In this document: positions 12,209 through 25,000 of the stretch, piece after piece
Numbering within the stretch: the stretch's first letter is position 1
Layout: each line of letters begins with the position of its first letter
Source: Hemiscyllium ocellatum
Taxonomy: Eukaryota
Direction of reading: 5' to 3'
Length of the DNA stretch: 64,000 nt
Assembly: GCF_020745735.1 (NCBI RefSeq)
Contig: NC_083427.1
Span: 5,425,438 to 5,489,437, forward strand
Translations under genes and position numbers: made by a program
The notes under the pieces: model-generated
Told to the model about the DNA's origin: nothing
The model's input: the letters and a program-made list of their open reading frames with translations, nothing else
Databases searched by the model: none

Positions 12209-13255
12209 CTAAATTTTCATTTTGCAGGAGATAGGGTGGATATGAGTTGCCAAAACAAAGTCTGGGGTGGATTGGTGTCCAATTGACAACTTGGCATCTT
12301 CTGGCTGCTTTTTGATTTGAACAGTTGTTATATCAATTGTGTGGTGCACGCTGGTAGTGATTTCTCTTTTGATTGGAAGAAAATAAAGCAGCAAACATTT
12401 AATCCATGAATTTGTCAACATTTATTTCTTAATTCAAGCCAGAATGAGAAAAAAAAGAATTGTCACTATCTATTCATTGCAATTGTAGAAATTTGTCGTT
12501 TTCAAATCGACAAATACAGCATCTTCAATGTGTCACGCATACAACGAAGACCACGGCCAAAAATATAGTGTCTTGCTTCAAAGACATCATTAATATATGT
12601 GCAATTAAAATTAACAATTAAAAGTAACAAAGGTGAATAACTGAAAATGCAATTCCATACTTTTCTCAAAGGCATTCCTAATATCAGACATTTCCTCAGT
12701 TTTGTTACATTATCTGAAACATTATTTGCCTTTATCCAGCGTCGAAGTGCTTTGAGTCTTTATGACTTTAACTTTTTCAATCTCGATTTTAAGTTGAAAG
12801 TACTTGAATTGGACGAGCTTGCCAGGAAAGGTGAAATGTAGGTATAGAATTGGCATAATCACTGCAGTTTTTTTCTGAAATGTCGGTACCTGCTCTGAAT
12901 GTAAAGCTTCATTGAACGGAATATGCCCTTCAATACGATGAAGATTTGAAAACATCTGTGGAGAGAGAATGACAGTAAACTCTTCAATGTTTCTTGCTGC
13001 TCTTTTGGAATGGTAACTGTTCTCATCAGGCATACTTTTGCAATGTTAAGTTTGGCATCCTTTAAAGTTGGGTCCAAATATGGAGGTTTTAAAATGCACC
13101 TGTACGTCTTGAGGGATGAGAGTGTCACGAAGGCAGCAGCGGAGCAATCTCACATGGCTGTAGTGGTGGGCGTGTGTCATGGTGTGGTTAAAAAGCTGAA
13201 GTGCTGAGAAGTCACAGCAGCGAATCAGTGAGAGAAAGACTCACTGAGTTCACGT
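12209..13255 (-). pseudogene. Decayed single-exon class A GPCR-like reading frame, family unresolved (copy 1)
   Basis: Conserved acceptor atcag|acgtga (13255). SLHRC (12952-60, DRY position), TAVIMPIL, IFLAVVFVVCVT (TM6-like), MLTNSWIKCLLLYF (TM7-like), ~190 codons from DRY to TM7. Many differences from copy 2 are synonymous in these frames. Confidence 0.45.
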
Positions 13256-13374
13256 CTGATAAAGACAGAGAACATCTTCAAAGTGACCACATTCGAAGAA
13301 GTTCTCTGCCTCCCTCAAAGTAAAGTTAGGGGAATTTAGACAGGAGACATATGAACAGGTCAATCCCACTTTAT

Positions 13375-13760
13375 GCAGGCACATGAATTCATAGAACACT
13401 GAAAGAGGCCCTTTCATTCAAATTCATCTGCGCCGACCAGATATCCCAATCTGACTTAGTCTTATTTGCCAAAACTCTCTAAATCCTTCCTGTTCATACA
13501 CATATCCAGGTACCTTTTAAATGATGTAATTATGCCAACCTCAGCAATTCCCCCTGCAGTCTATTCCATACACATAGCATCCTCTGTGTGAAAAAGTTAC
13601 ACTTCAGCGTCGATATTATTGTCCATCATGATTTTGTAAACCTCTGTAAGGCTGAAACTTAGCCGCCCGACGCTCCAAGAGATAAAACATCCCAGCCTAT
13701 GTCGCCTCATCTGGCAATCCATGTCCCCTATTATCACTTCATCCTTCAAACAGGACAGTC
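13375..13760 (-). mobile_element. CR1 3' fragment (partner ~22150-22670)
   Basis: gaattcatagaaca...gccctttc and catgattttgtaaacctct motifs of the CR1 3' end, reverse strand. Confidence 0.75.
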
Positions 13761-13789
13761 ACGACTTGAGCCTTCGATAGTCCTGTAAA

Positions 13790-13930
13790 AGGTGAGGTTT
13801 GCAGATGCTGGAGATCAGAGCTGGAAATGTGTTGCTGGTTAAAGCACAGCAGGTCAGGCTGAATCCAATTTCCTGTTCCTTGAATACTGCCTGACCTGCT
13901 GTGCTTTAACGAGCAACACATTTTCACCTT
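13790..13930. mobile_element. Palindromic Penelope-derived short element (35-bp arms)
   Basis: aaatgtgttgctggttaaagcacagcaggtcaggc (~13827) and its reverse complement (~13889-13923), 1 mismatch. Absent from copy 2. Family assignment is from recalled shark repeats. Confidence 0.7.
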
Positions 13931-14015
13931 CGATTGTCCTGTCTATTTTCAAGGATTTTGACTGTCTGGAAATAGAGAGGAGGTATAAATTCCCGCTGTT
14001 TCTGAAAGAGAATTG

Positions 14016-14082
14016 TTTAATGATACACATCACACCAATCCTTTTACATTTTAATGATACACATCACACCAATCCTTTTACA
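14016..14082. repeat. Direct tandem duplication, 34-bp period
   Basis: tttaatgatacacatcacaccaatccttttaca x2. Confidence 0.95.
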
Positions 14083-16599
14083 ATGTGTCTTCATTGCTTA
14101 TGATGCATAGGATAGATCGTTTTCATTTCCATATTCAGTGTTTTATAAGTTTCACAACCTAAGAGATTGGTATTTCTATTTTCATTTCATTTAAATTCTC
14201 TCCTGATAACTGACATGTTTTTTCTTTAAGTCCCATCACGTTTCTAAGTCTTGTATAATGTCCAGGGGTGTGAATTTGTGGGAAAATTCTAGGAAACCCA
14301 CATTATTCTGTTTAGAGAAAAGAAACCGAGATATTTCATGGGTCTCTTTATAAGGATTGAGGGATCGCGTGGTTTGGAACATTGCAAGGGACAGTTTTCA
14401 CTTACGGTGAAATGGAATGTGGACAGATCAAACTGTCTCCATTGACCGAGAGTCAGTAATTGAAGAAGTGGAAGATAATTTAAGGAAAAAAATAACCTCG
14501 TATCCTTTTTTGTATTTATTTGTTTATAACTATTGTATTGTTTTACACAAATAACTTTCAACTGGACCAGAGTGAATAAGAGGGGGGTCCCAGAGTGAAT
14601 AGGTGTTTTTTTTTATAATACTTGATATCTATCTGAGTCTCGACACATGGTCTCACTTCTCATTCTTCCTGATGTAAAGAATATTCCACCAATTAGAGGA
14701 CCATGCATATCTTAATGATCATACAAATGGGTAAAACCTATTGGAGTCTCCAGACTTTTATATTGTGCTAAATGTCAGGGAAATATCACCCTGAGCTTGT
14801 TAAGCTCCATGCAGTCAAAGCAGCTGAACACAAGGGCAGAAGGTGGATTTTCTTTGTCTGGGGAGAGATGAATAAAGGTGGAGTGCTCACAGTGGTTGGA
14901 ATGAACAGGAACATGTCCAGAAGGATTCAGCACAGAAAGGCGAAAATCGGCTTGGAGTGCACGTTTGAATTAGCAGTTTGTATGATTAATCACCAATGTA
15001 ATTGTCCTCGTCTAAACACGAGGCAATATGACCTGTCCATATATTAGAGTATAAACCCTACAGTTGCACCTCATAGTTAATCGAAAACCTAGTCATTAGC
15101 ATTTGAAACTGCACAGAGCAACCCAAAATGATTTCTAACCCTTTGATTCAAGAATTGGAATCTGACAACAGGATTTGAATTTGCACCAACTTTGATGATA
15201 AAACATTAACAACTTCTTAAAGCAGATATGAAGTATAACCCACTGCACCTTGCAGTGCCAGCCAACCAATATTTTCCTCAGTCACCCTGCAATGTATGCA
15301 ATCCCCTTTTTTTCTGCCTGCTGAAAGTCAACAATGCACCATCAATTTCTCCGTCACTCGCGAAGTGCATTTAATTGCATGGCCTGACATGGAAGCATGA
15401 GAACATACGTCTCCAGTAAGAAACAATCCTAAATCCAATGCAGTAGATTGCAATGCAATGCTACCCGAGCAACTGTTGTATTGTCAACTTTCCCTCCAAG
15501 GGCATAATCAAAGATTATTTTAGCTTGACCATTCCCTCTCATCCTTCATGCTTCCTGTCTAAGAAACGCCTCCATTTTAAAAATGTCCATTTTTCAAAGC
15601 ATGACATGGTCTTGGCCCTCTTTATGTTCGCATTCCTTTCCAGTGATGCAACTATCCCATATATCGATGCTGTATTCAATAAATCAGTGCAATGTTACTC
15701 ACACCATCATTTGTGTACCTTTATTCAGGTAAAATCCGCAGAACACTGGGATTCCACCTTTAACATTGTTGTCTCTGTCCACTTATTTATCCTTTTTGTG
15801 CCCCATCATCTTTATAAGTCCAATCAGGTGAAGAATCACATTGCCACCCGCCCGAGCATGCATTTAAAATTCATTCAAGACTCAGATCATAATAACATGC
15901 CCTCTGATTTGCATATTCTGAGAACAAACCCTACTCCCAGAATGTGAACATGGAAATTATGGTTAAAGTTCTAGTGCACAAGCCGTGGTGTGCAGCACTG
16001 TTCGAGTTGCTTTGTTTTGGATTAGATGTTTTCAAAGAATACAAGAGATTTGAACTTTCTCCTGGGCAATGTTGAACCTTCAATCAATGTCACAAATGCT
16101 CCGTGTCTTTTCATGATCACGTTATAGATTGTGACTGCTTATTATGCAAATACACGGACCGCAATACTGACATTACAACAATGACTAGATGAAAAAAAAA
16201 CACTTTCAATTCTTACGGACATTTTAGTCTGCCTGATGTTTGTAAAAGTCTCGATGTAGTTGCTTATCACGTTCCACTTTCACCACAACGCTCAAAGTCT
16301 TCCTTCACATTCAAATCAAGTCTCAAATAGGATTGGCGTAGGAGACTATCTAGCATTTTCTACTTTCCATCAAAATTATTTCCTCCTTCTATTTCGATAT
16401 GACAAAATTTATTTTGTTCATGTTTTCGATGACACAAAATCTAATTGACATTATCGACAAAAAATGAATGAGGCAGTGAACATTTCCTATCACCAATATT
16501 TGCAGAGATTGTAATGATTAAAAAAAAACCCTTCTAAATTACCGATGCTTATTTTCCTTACACGAATCAGTCAGAAGTGAGAAACTGTCATTAGAATCG

Positions 16600-16690
16600 G
16601 AAACGCACCTGTTTAGTACTCACATACCCTGAACCGCAACTGTCACTGCCAGATTACAGCAGCAGGAACAAGTTCCTCCGAACATAACAT
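16600..16690 (-). other. Putative upstream (non-coding) exon and splice donor of the minus-strand gene, copy 1
   Basis: Near-identical block in both duplicates (ctcacataccctg[a/g]accgcaactgtcactgcca). On - it reads cagg|gtatgt, a consensus donor at 16628/16627 and 25381/25380. Confidence 0.4.
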
Positions 16691-17169
16691 CAAAGTTTTA
16701 AAATAGATACTCACGTTATGTATTTGTTTTCTCAAGTAAAACATATATGCAACATCATGAACAGTCCATTCATTATCTAAACAATATTGCAGTTAAAGTC
16801 CCAGAGTGCAAGAATAAAAACAGACTGAACTAACATTCTCACGAGCAGGTGGTAACTGAGAATTTAATAGACGTATTCAGAGAAGTCAAACTGTAATGCA
16901 TGGCCATTGGTTAGTTCCTGTGAAATCCATACTGAGAACCAACAGCCTTGACACCTGGCATAGATCTAACACAAAGATAGCATGAGTTAATAGGTGCAAA
17001 TTCTTTCAGCAAGATATTCAATTCAATTTCATTGATCTGTTAAATTATGAACCGAAGTAATGGAATTTTATCGCTATTTTAATAAAAATAAGAAGGAATA
17101 CTTCTGAGCGTTTTTCATGATCGTAGTAACTTTATAGTCCCGCCGAGAATTGCAGGATTAAAAATAAAA

Positions 17170-17380
17170 CGTACGTGGGTGCAGGAGTAGGCAATTCAGC
17201 CCATCTAGCCTGTTGTTCCAATTGAAACAAACCTGTATGATATTATCTCAGTCTCCACTTTCCAACCGCACTCCATAACACTTAAAAGGGTACAACTTAA
17301 AAATGTATCTATCTCCTCCTTAACTTAACTCAATGTCTTGCCATCCATTGCAATCTGGAGTCTTGAAGATTAACGATCCT
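17170..17380 (-). mobile_element. CR1 3' end (continues ~18100-18200 after an insertion; partner 25930-26230)
   Basis: gcaggagtaggcaattcagccc...atctatctcctccttaact CR1 tail motif. Confidence 0.7.
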
Positions 17381-17383
17381 TTT

Positions 17384-18097
17384 TGTTCCGATACGGGGTA
17401 ATCCTCCTGCTTAATTTAAAACCAGCAACACTGAAGAGGCTTATCCCATGTAGTAATCTGAAAAAAAATCAAATGGCCAAGGACTGTTTAAAGTAAAAAT
17501 TAACAATTTTATTTTTTTAAACTGTGACAGAGAATAATTAACTTACCACTATTTTCAATTTCTTCCTCGAGAATATAGTTTACCTTCAATACTAGAATAC
17601 TAGTCTGATAAAACTCCCAGTTAAGATTCACAAAACCAAACACACATCTTATCTCAACAACAGGCAGCTTTCGTTCTTCTGTTTGGATCTTCCTGTGTCT
17701 TCTTTTATTTTTCTAAGGAATTTCTGTGTCACAGTTAAGAGATCGAAAAGGTACTTCTAAGAGAGCTTTGTTTTCAAGCAATCTGTTCACTCGCTGAGCT
17801 TGGCAGATCTCCTCTCAGCGGTTCAATTTTCTCGCGTCTTATTCCCCCAAAACATCAAATTGTGTTATTGGTTTTTAATATTGTCAATATACGAAATATA
17901 AACTGGAATGGTGTTTGATATTTTTCGAGGTATAATTTAAATTGATTGATAGAGCTCGATTTTTTTTTGTCTCCAGGAAATGAACTAATCGAGTTGTTCC
18001 ACCAGGTATTACATTGTTGCCTTATTTATAAGTCTTGGTGCTGTGTCCGGTAGTTCTACTGCGTTGAAATCACTTAAAGTGCACCCACACCTTCATA
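17384..18097. mobile_element. ~0.7-kb copy-1-specific insertion, solo-LTR-like
   Basis: Interrupts the CR1 tail that is continuous in copy 2. Begins tgttccg and ends near ccttca; no clean TSD seen. Confidence 0.45.
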
Positions 18098-18383
18098 AAA
18101 TTTGAAAGAAGTATTCTTTTCCCTCAACTCCGCTTTAAATCTTCTACCCTTGTTATAAAATTACGATTATAAATTTGACTATCACTTGTTCCAAATAAAA
18201 TCTTTATCCATTCTTGATCTTTAATGGCGGGAGTTTGTGGTATTGGAACACTTATGTTGCCACTGTTAGAGTTTATTGGCTTTATCCCTAAACTAGCGAG
18301 AATTATGGCACATGAGAGGGATTTCAAGCGTACACTGCCCCTCGAGAAAAATGGTTTCAAGGAATATCTTGGGCCAGTTTCGA

Positions 18384-18849
18384 CTTGTCACTTGTTTAAT
18401 AGCACTTACCATGAATTTATTCGGCATTAGCTCCGTGTTTGCAGCCCCTGGTCCAGGTCGTTTTCTAGTGATTGACCGCAAAATTAATAATAGTTCTAAA
18501 ATGTGTGTTGTCCGTTACTTTGATTTTCATGTGAGCTTGGTCGTGGTTTGGAAATGTCTGTAAAGCAATCATTAACAAATGCGATTAAGGTAGAAAAAAG
18601 CATTATAACTTCCAACTGCAAGTATATCACAACTTTGCTTCTGCTAATTGTCGACCCAGTAATATCCGAGTATTGAACAAGAGGAATCGAATTAAAGGTT
18701 GTTCTGCTCGGAATGATTTATCCCTTAGTGCTAGATACTGTGAATGGCACCTTCAGTTTAATAATCGTCAAGCTGCAGCTGATGCAGTTCATTTTGACTG
18801 GGTGCTGAGTCTCATGGACAGGAAGTATTCGGACCCTCGTCAACTGACT
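18384..18849 (+). pseudogene. TCR alpha/delta-like V pseudogene, copy 1 (leader remnant 18384-18423; V exon ~18550-18810)
   Basis: Leader LVTCLIALTMNLF. V exon G..VKQSLTNAIKVEKSIITSNCKY (Cys 18617), taatatccgagtattgaac as decayed WYRQYPN, LDTVNGTFSLIIVKLQL (FR3), DAVHFDW as decayed DxAxYYC. RSS heavily decayed. Confidence 0.75.
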
Positions 18850-20965
18850 TGTTTGGTTATTTGTTGCTGGGTGATAAACCTTAAATGCGACACTGCAGTG
18901 AATGGAACATAACTCGACATTGTGATTTGCTGTGTCTGACGATGGCAAACCATTGCTTGACTAGAAAATGATGCAGCTTTTCTAATTTTGGCACGAGCTG
19001 CCAGACGTTAGGTCTGAAAACTATGGAAAAGAAAACAATTGCGATCATTCTGAAGTTTCCTTGCCTTTCAAAAGAACGTTTTTAAGTCGCATTCCATCAA
19101 AACACAAACATCAGTCAACTCGTAAACCTATTTCCTTTCAGTTACAGATAATAAGTCTGAAACCCTAAAGCATTAATTATCTCATTCGAACCTGACATGA
19201 GGTATAAATTTTAACAGTTCTCAACAGACTGTCAAAAGTTTCCAAATCATCTGATAGAAATGCACAAAGAGCTCACATTGGTGCTATTTGCTGTTTAGTA
19301 TCTGGTGATATCAGCTGTCAGAGTTTCAGATAAATTATTGCAGTCAGTTACTCAAGGTGTGAACGAAATGTTAGGTACATTGAATCTCCAATTTAATTGT
19401 GCCCACCTCCAGTGTTTTCTATCTTTCACTGACTGAAGTGTTCAAAGAATCACAGCATGTGGTCAGAGCTTCTGCAGATTTAGTTTGGGAAACTTGGTAA
19501 AAGTGCATGACTTGGAACAAAGAGAATGTATTTCCTTGCTCTAAGATTCTGTGAATATATGAAGCCACCCTCTGCATGATAAACCTGCCCTTCAGGTACC
19601 CTTTGCAATCTTTGCCCTCTCACTATACAATATGCCCTTCAGCTTTGCACTCCTCTACCAGGGGGAAGAACACCTTTACTATTCATCTTATCCATCGCCC
19701 TCATGATTTCATAGACTTCGGCAAGGTCACCTCTCAACTTCCAGTGCTGCAATGACGTATGTCTACTATCAGTTATGAAAATATTGCTATCTCATTATAT
19801 ATTTGACTTATGCTTTCAGGTGCATGAATAAACGCAATTATGCCTTAAGTTCAAGCTTCAAGGAAGATAAATAGGCAGATTGATAAGTACCTTTTACTCA
19901 ATTATTCTAGAAAATAATCACTTACTTCAAATTTAGGCAGTATCATGTTACAATAAGAATTTGGAAGGAAAATTAAGTTATTTATCAACACATTAGGAAA
20001 TCTCTGCATCAGTAGTTTGTGATATCTCGACGTGTTTTTCTCCATGTCAAGGTTTCAGATAGCCCCCTTCTAAAAAAAAGGTTTCTAAGTTCGATCAATG
20101 AATAATTTCAGTGATTGTATTTTAGCACTCTTAGCTAGGTCGTCACACCTGCATTCTTATGAGTATTCATGGTAATGAAGATCAATGTAGATTGATATCA
20201 AATAATCACACAAATGGTATTATGCAAAATGATATCATTTTCACCATTTTCCTGGCACTGATGCACCGAATAGGGTTTATGACATAATGCCACGTTCCTA
20301 CTATCTCCCTGTAAACTCGCCATTTCTGTACTTACATAGTCATCCAATGCCAACTCATTGTCTTGAATGATCTTGCCTCGTCCACCATTCTAGAATGTGC
20401 ATTTTAAAACTTGACCATTAGCTTAGTCAAAAAAACATTATTTCTTCGACAACATATACTTAATTTGCAAGTTCCCTTTAATCTTTGTCCTCCCGTTGCC
20501 TATCTTTTCAAAGTGGGAAGTTTATTGCCATTCTTTCTTCCTAAACCTCACATGATATTGCAGTCACCTATTAGACCTCTTTTTAACATTATCCTGTCCA
20601 AGAGCAATTGTCCCAATTCCTCCAATCTCACTTTTTAGTGAATCTCTTCTCGCCTGAAAACATTTTCAAAAATATCAGCAGAATTCTCACCAATTCTTTG
20701 CTCCCCTCCTTCGAAAGTCCGCGAATGTGCAAAATAATTCAGCTGAGGGTAAACTAATGGCCTGATAAAGTGCAGCATTATCTCTATTCTCGTGTATTGT
20801 GTGACCAAATGAATAATGCCTAAGCTACTGAATGCTCAAATAATAAAATATGAATTTCCAGACATTTCTCACTCCATTGCAACCATGTAGAAATGGTTAA
20901 AAATATCTTCTATAAGGCAGTTGTGTGGTTCTGCTGACTTGCTAATTGCTGTTCTCGCTTCTCAA

Positions 20966-22038
20966 TTATTCATTGCAATTACACAGAAAAGAACCATAGA
21001 ATGAAATGAGGGATGTATAATCTTCTTCCTTTTCATTATTGCAATCGAACCTTCGTTCCGCAGTGAATAAGGTGGAAGTGAAGTGGAAACAGTAAGTCTG
21101 GGGTGAATCGGTGTCAATGATAATGAGTTTCCAACTGACAACTTGGCTTCTCCTCAATGCTTTTTTGGTTTGAATGGTTGTTGGATCAATTGTGTGGTGT
21201 ACGCCAGTTGTCATTTCTCTGCTCATTGCAATAAAATAGAGCAGCAATTGAATATTCCACGAATTTGTTAACATTTACTTCTTAACTAAACCCAGAATGC
21301 TCACTATTTATTTTATTGCAATTATAGAAATTTGTCGTCTTCAAATGGACAATTACGGCATCACCCATCTTCAATGCGTCACACATGCCACTAAGACCAC
21401 GGCCAAAATCATAACGACTTGTCTCAAAGGGACCTTTGAAATGTGTGCTATGAAAATTTCCATTCCAGAAAGACGGAAGGTGAATAAATTGCAATTCCAT
21501 AATTTCCTCAATGTTTTCTGAATATTAGACTTGCCCTCAATTTTGTTATATGATGTGAAACATCCTTTGCCTTTATCTTTCTTCAAAGTGTTCTAAAATA
21601 TGTATGCCTTTGACATTTTCAATTTTGATTGTTAGTTGAAAATACTTGAATTGAACGAGCTTGCCATAAAAGTTGCCATGTCGTACTAGAATGGACATAA
21701 TCAATGCAGTTATTCTGAAATGATTATATCATCACTGAATGTAACTCCCACTGAACGGAATATGCTCTATAAAACGATGAAGACGATATACCGTCTATAG
21801 AGTAAATTCTTCAATTGCTTTTCCGGGAATAGAAATTATCCTCAATCAGTCTCACTCTTCTGAAGTAATAGTGGGTATTATATTAAGGTGGGTCTAAATG
21901 TGGAGTGTTTAAAATGTATTTTTAAGCCTTGAGGGATGGGATTCTTTGCGTGGACAGCAGCTGAGAAATCTCATTTGGCTATGGTAAGGGATTTGTTCCG
22001 TGGTGTGGCACTGAGAGAATGGCTCATTGACTTCACGT
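20966..22038 (-). pseudogene. Decayed single-exon class A GPCR-like reading frame, family unresolved (copy 2)
   Basis: Acceptor atcag|acgtga (22038). tctatagac-ggtatatc = SID(R)YI with a 1-nt deletion (21788-95), TALIMSIL, VMILAVVLVACVT, MLTNSWNIQLLLYF. Confidence 0.45.
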
Positions 22039-25000
22039 CTGATGGAGACAGAACGCTTCTTCAAATTGCCCACTTTGAAGACCTCTGCCTCCATTAAACT
22101 AAAGCTGGGGACATTTAGTAGAGACATGTGAACAGTTCAATCTCAACCACTGCAGCCACATAGAATCGTAGAGTCTTTCAACATTGTAACGGACCCTTTA
22201 GTGCAATTTACCTGCGCTGCCCAGATATCCCAATCTGACCCCCTAACACTTGCCAGCATTTGGCCCATAAAGCTTTAAACTCTTCCTGTTCGTTCTCTCA
22301 CCCAGATGCCATTTAAATGCTCTAACTATATCATCCTCCACTACTTCCCTGGCAAGTCCTAGCATCAGCGTACCATCTCTGTACAAAAGAGTTTCCCTTC
22401 AGGGTTTAAAGAAAATTCTTCCCCTTCCATCTTAAATCGATGCCCTCTAAATTTGAACACCTCCGGCCTCGGAAAACGAGCTTAGCTATTCAACCAATCT
22501 TGCCCATCATGATTTTGTAAACCTCTATAAGCTTACCTCTCAGCCTCCGATTCTCCAGAGGAAAAGACCCCAGCCGATTCCGACTCTCCCTGTATCCCAT
22601 ACCCCCTGGTATCAGCTACATCCGTCAGATTGGGACGTCACCACTCGAACCTTCCATTGTCTTGTTTACTATCAAGTATTCTGACAGTCTGGAAAAAGAG
22701 ATGAGGCTTAACTTTCTACTGTGCAGGAAGGATAATCGTTTAGTGTCTGACATCAGATGCAATGTTCCCTCATTTTAAATAAGCAAACAGCGTTTTGACG
22801 GCTTATGGCCCATGGGATAGTTCTCCTCCATTTCGGTATTAAGAGTCTTGTAAGTTTCACAACATAGGAAATTGGGATTTCTAATTTTTATTTCATTCTA
22901 ATTTCTGTGCTGATATCTGGCAATATTTTTAGAAACTCTCATCACATTTATAAGTTTTGTATGATGTCAAAGCTTGTACATTTGTGGGAAAATTCTAAGA
23001 GATCCAGATTATTATGGTTAGAGAAAAAACAACGAGATATTTCATGGCACTGTTTCTAAGGATTGAGGGGTTGGTGGGAGGGTATTGGGAGGGAAAGGGT
23101 TTGGTGAAGGTGAAATGGAAGGTTAAAAAAGCAAACTGTCTCCATTGAATGGGTCAGGAATCGGAGAAGTGGAATTGAAGATAATTTAAGGGAAATTAAT
23201 CTGGAATCTTTATTTGTATTCATTTGTTTACAACCGTTGTATCATTTGTCACAAATAACCTTGAACTGGATCAGGGTGCAAGGGGGCGGGGGAGGGGAGG
23301 GAGGCAATATGAATCAGATAACTTTATAATACTTGAAAATCTATTTGCGTCTCTTCACATGGTTTCACTTCTTAGCCTTCCTGACAGAAAGAAAATCCCA
23401 CCAAATTAGGGGATGATACATCTCTGAATGACTATGTACATGGGTAAAAATTATCCGAATCTCCAGGGTTACATATCCTTGCTAAAGGTCAAGGGAATAT
23501 CTCCCTGAACATATTACGTGTTATACGGTCAAAGCAGCTGAACAGAAGGGAGAAGATGGATTTTTTTTAACTGTGAAGATTTGTATGAAGATGGAATGCT
23601 TGCAGTGGTTGTGGTGAACAGCAACAATTCCAGAATGCTTCAGGACATACAACGTTAGATCAGTCTGACTTCAAGTTTAAAAGAGCAGTTTGAATGATTG
23701 GTCAGGAATGGTACTTGTCCTACTCTATAAACTGGGCAATAGAATCTGTCCATACGTTCAATTATAATTCTTAGTTTGAAATCTGAAATAGCGATAAACC
23801 TAGTCAGTAGCATTTCAAACCGTACAGTGCAACACAAGCAGATTTCTAATGTTTCGCTTCAACAATTGGAACCTGACAACAGACTTTGAATTTGTACCAA
23901 CACGGTTGGTCTAACATTTCCAACTTGTTACAGCAGATACAAAGTATACACCATTGTTCCCTCTAGCGTCAGCTACCTAGTCTTTTCCTGAGTCAGCCTA
24001 CACTCTAGGCATTCCCCTTTTTATCCCTCTTGAAAGTAAACAATATACAGTCGATTCTCCATCACCAGAGAAGTGCATTCAATTCCATGGCCTGACGTGG
24101 TAGCATGGGAACCCATGCCTTCAATAAGAGACAGGCCTAAACCAATGCCCTAGACTGTGCAGCCATACTAAGCGAATAATTGTTGTACTGTCAACTTTCC
24201 TTCCAAAGGTACAATCGAGGATTATTTTACGTTGCCCATTCCCTCTCTTCCGCTTTGCTTCCTACATAAGAAACATATTCCTTTTTAAAAATGCCCACCT
24301 TCCAAATCATGGCTTGCCACTCTCTCTGTCTGTGTTCCATTCCAATTACACAACTATCTGAGATATCAATGCTGTACTCAATCAATCATTGTGATGTTAC
24401 TAACATCAGTCTTTGTGTCTCTTTATTAGCTCTACTCTGTCCTCTGGGATCCAATTTTTAATTGTTTTCTGCTGTCCATTTAACTGTCTACTTTGTGATC
24501 CATTATCTCTATATCCAATCAGGTGAAGAAGCATGTTGCCAACCGCCACATGCATTTAAATTTCAGTCACAGCGCAGATGAGAGTAACTTGTCTTATGGG
24601 TAACATATTCTGTGATGAACCCCTACTCCCAGATGTTAACATAGAAACTATGATTAAAATATCAGTGCATAAGCCGTAGTCTGGAACTTGTCTGAATTGC
24701 TCTGTATTGGGTAAGGCAGCAAAAGAAATAACCATCCGACATCGCAGCACGAGGTATAATTGTCCATGACAAGGTTTCAAAGAACAAAAGAGAACTGAAC
24801 TTTGTCATCGTCAATTGTAACCTTCAATCAGTATCACAAGGCTTGCGTGTCTTTTTCATGATCACGTTACAGGTTGTGACTGCTTAGTACATAAATACAC
24901 TGGACCGCATTTCTGATATCACAACAACGAATAGACTAAAAAATAAATCACGTTCAACTGTAAATGACATTTTCGGACATCTGATGTTGTTAAACGTCTC

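Larger units (their letters stand above)
10570..19150. repeat. Tandem segmental duplication, copy 1 (~8.5 kb)
   Basis: Colinear similarity to 19560-27370 throughout, e.g. 11075 vs 19855 (aagcttcaag), 12470 vs 21310, 14275 vs 22980, 16620 vs 25373, 18660 vs 26900. Identity not computed; clearly diverged. Confidence 0.92.

Noticed and set aside
12520-12570. FGRGLRC resembling a cytochrome P450 heme motif
   Set aside because: Spacing is wrong, and differences from copy 2 are non-synonymous in that frame but synonymous in the LAVVFVVCVT frame.
18700-18810. YPL...FSLII.KL read as a taste-receptor (T2R) TM7
   Set aside because: Better explained as TCR V FR3 given upstream Cys23, the WYRQ remnant and the leader.
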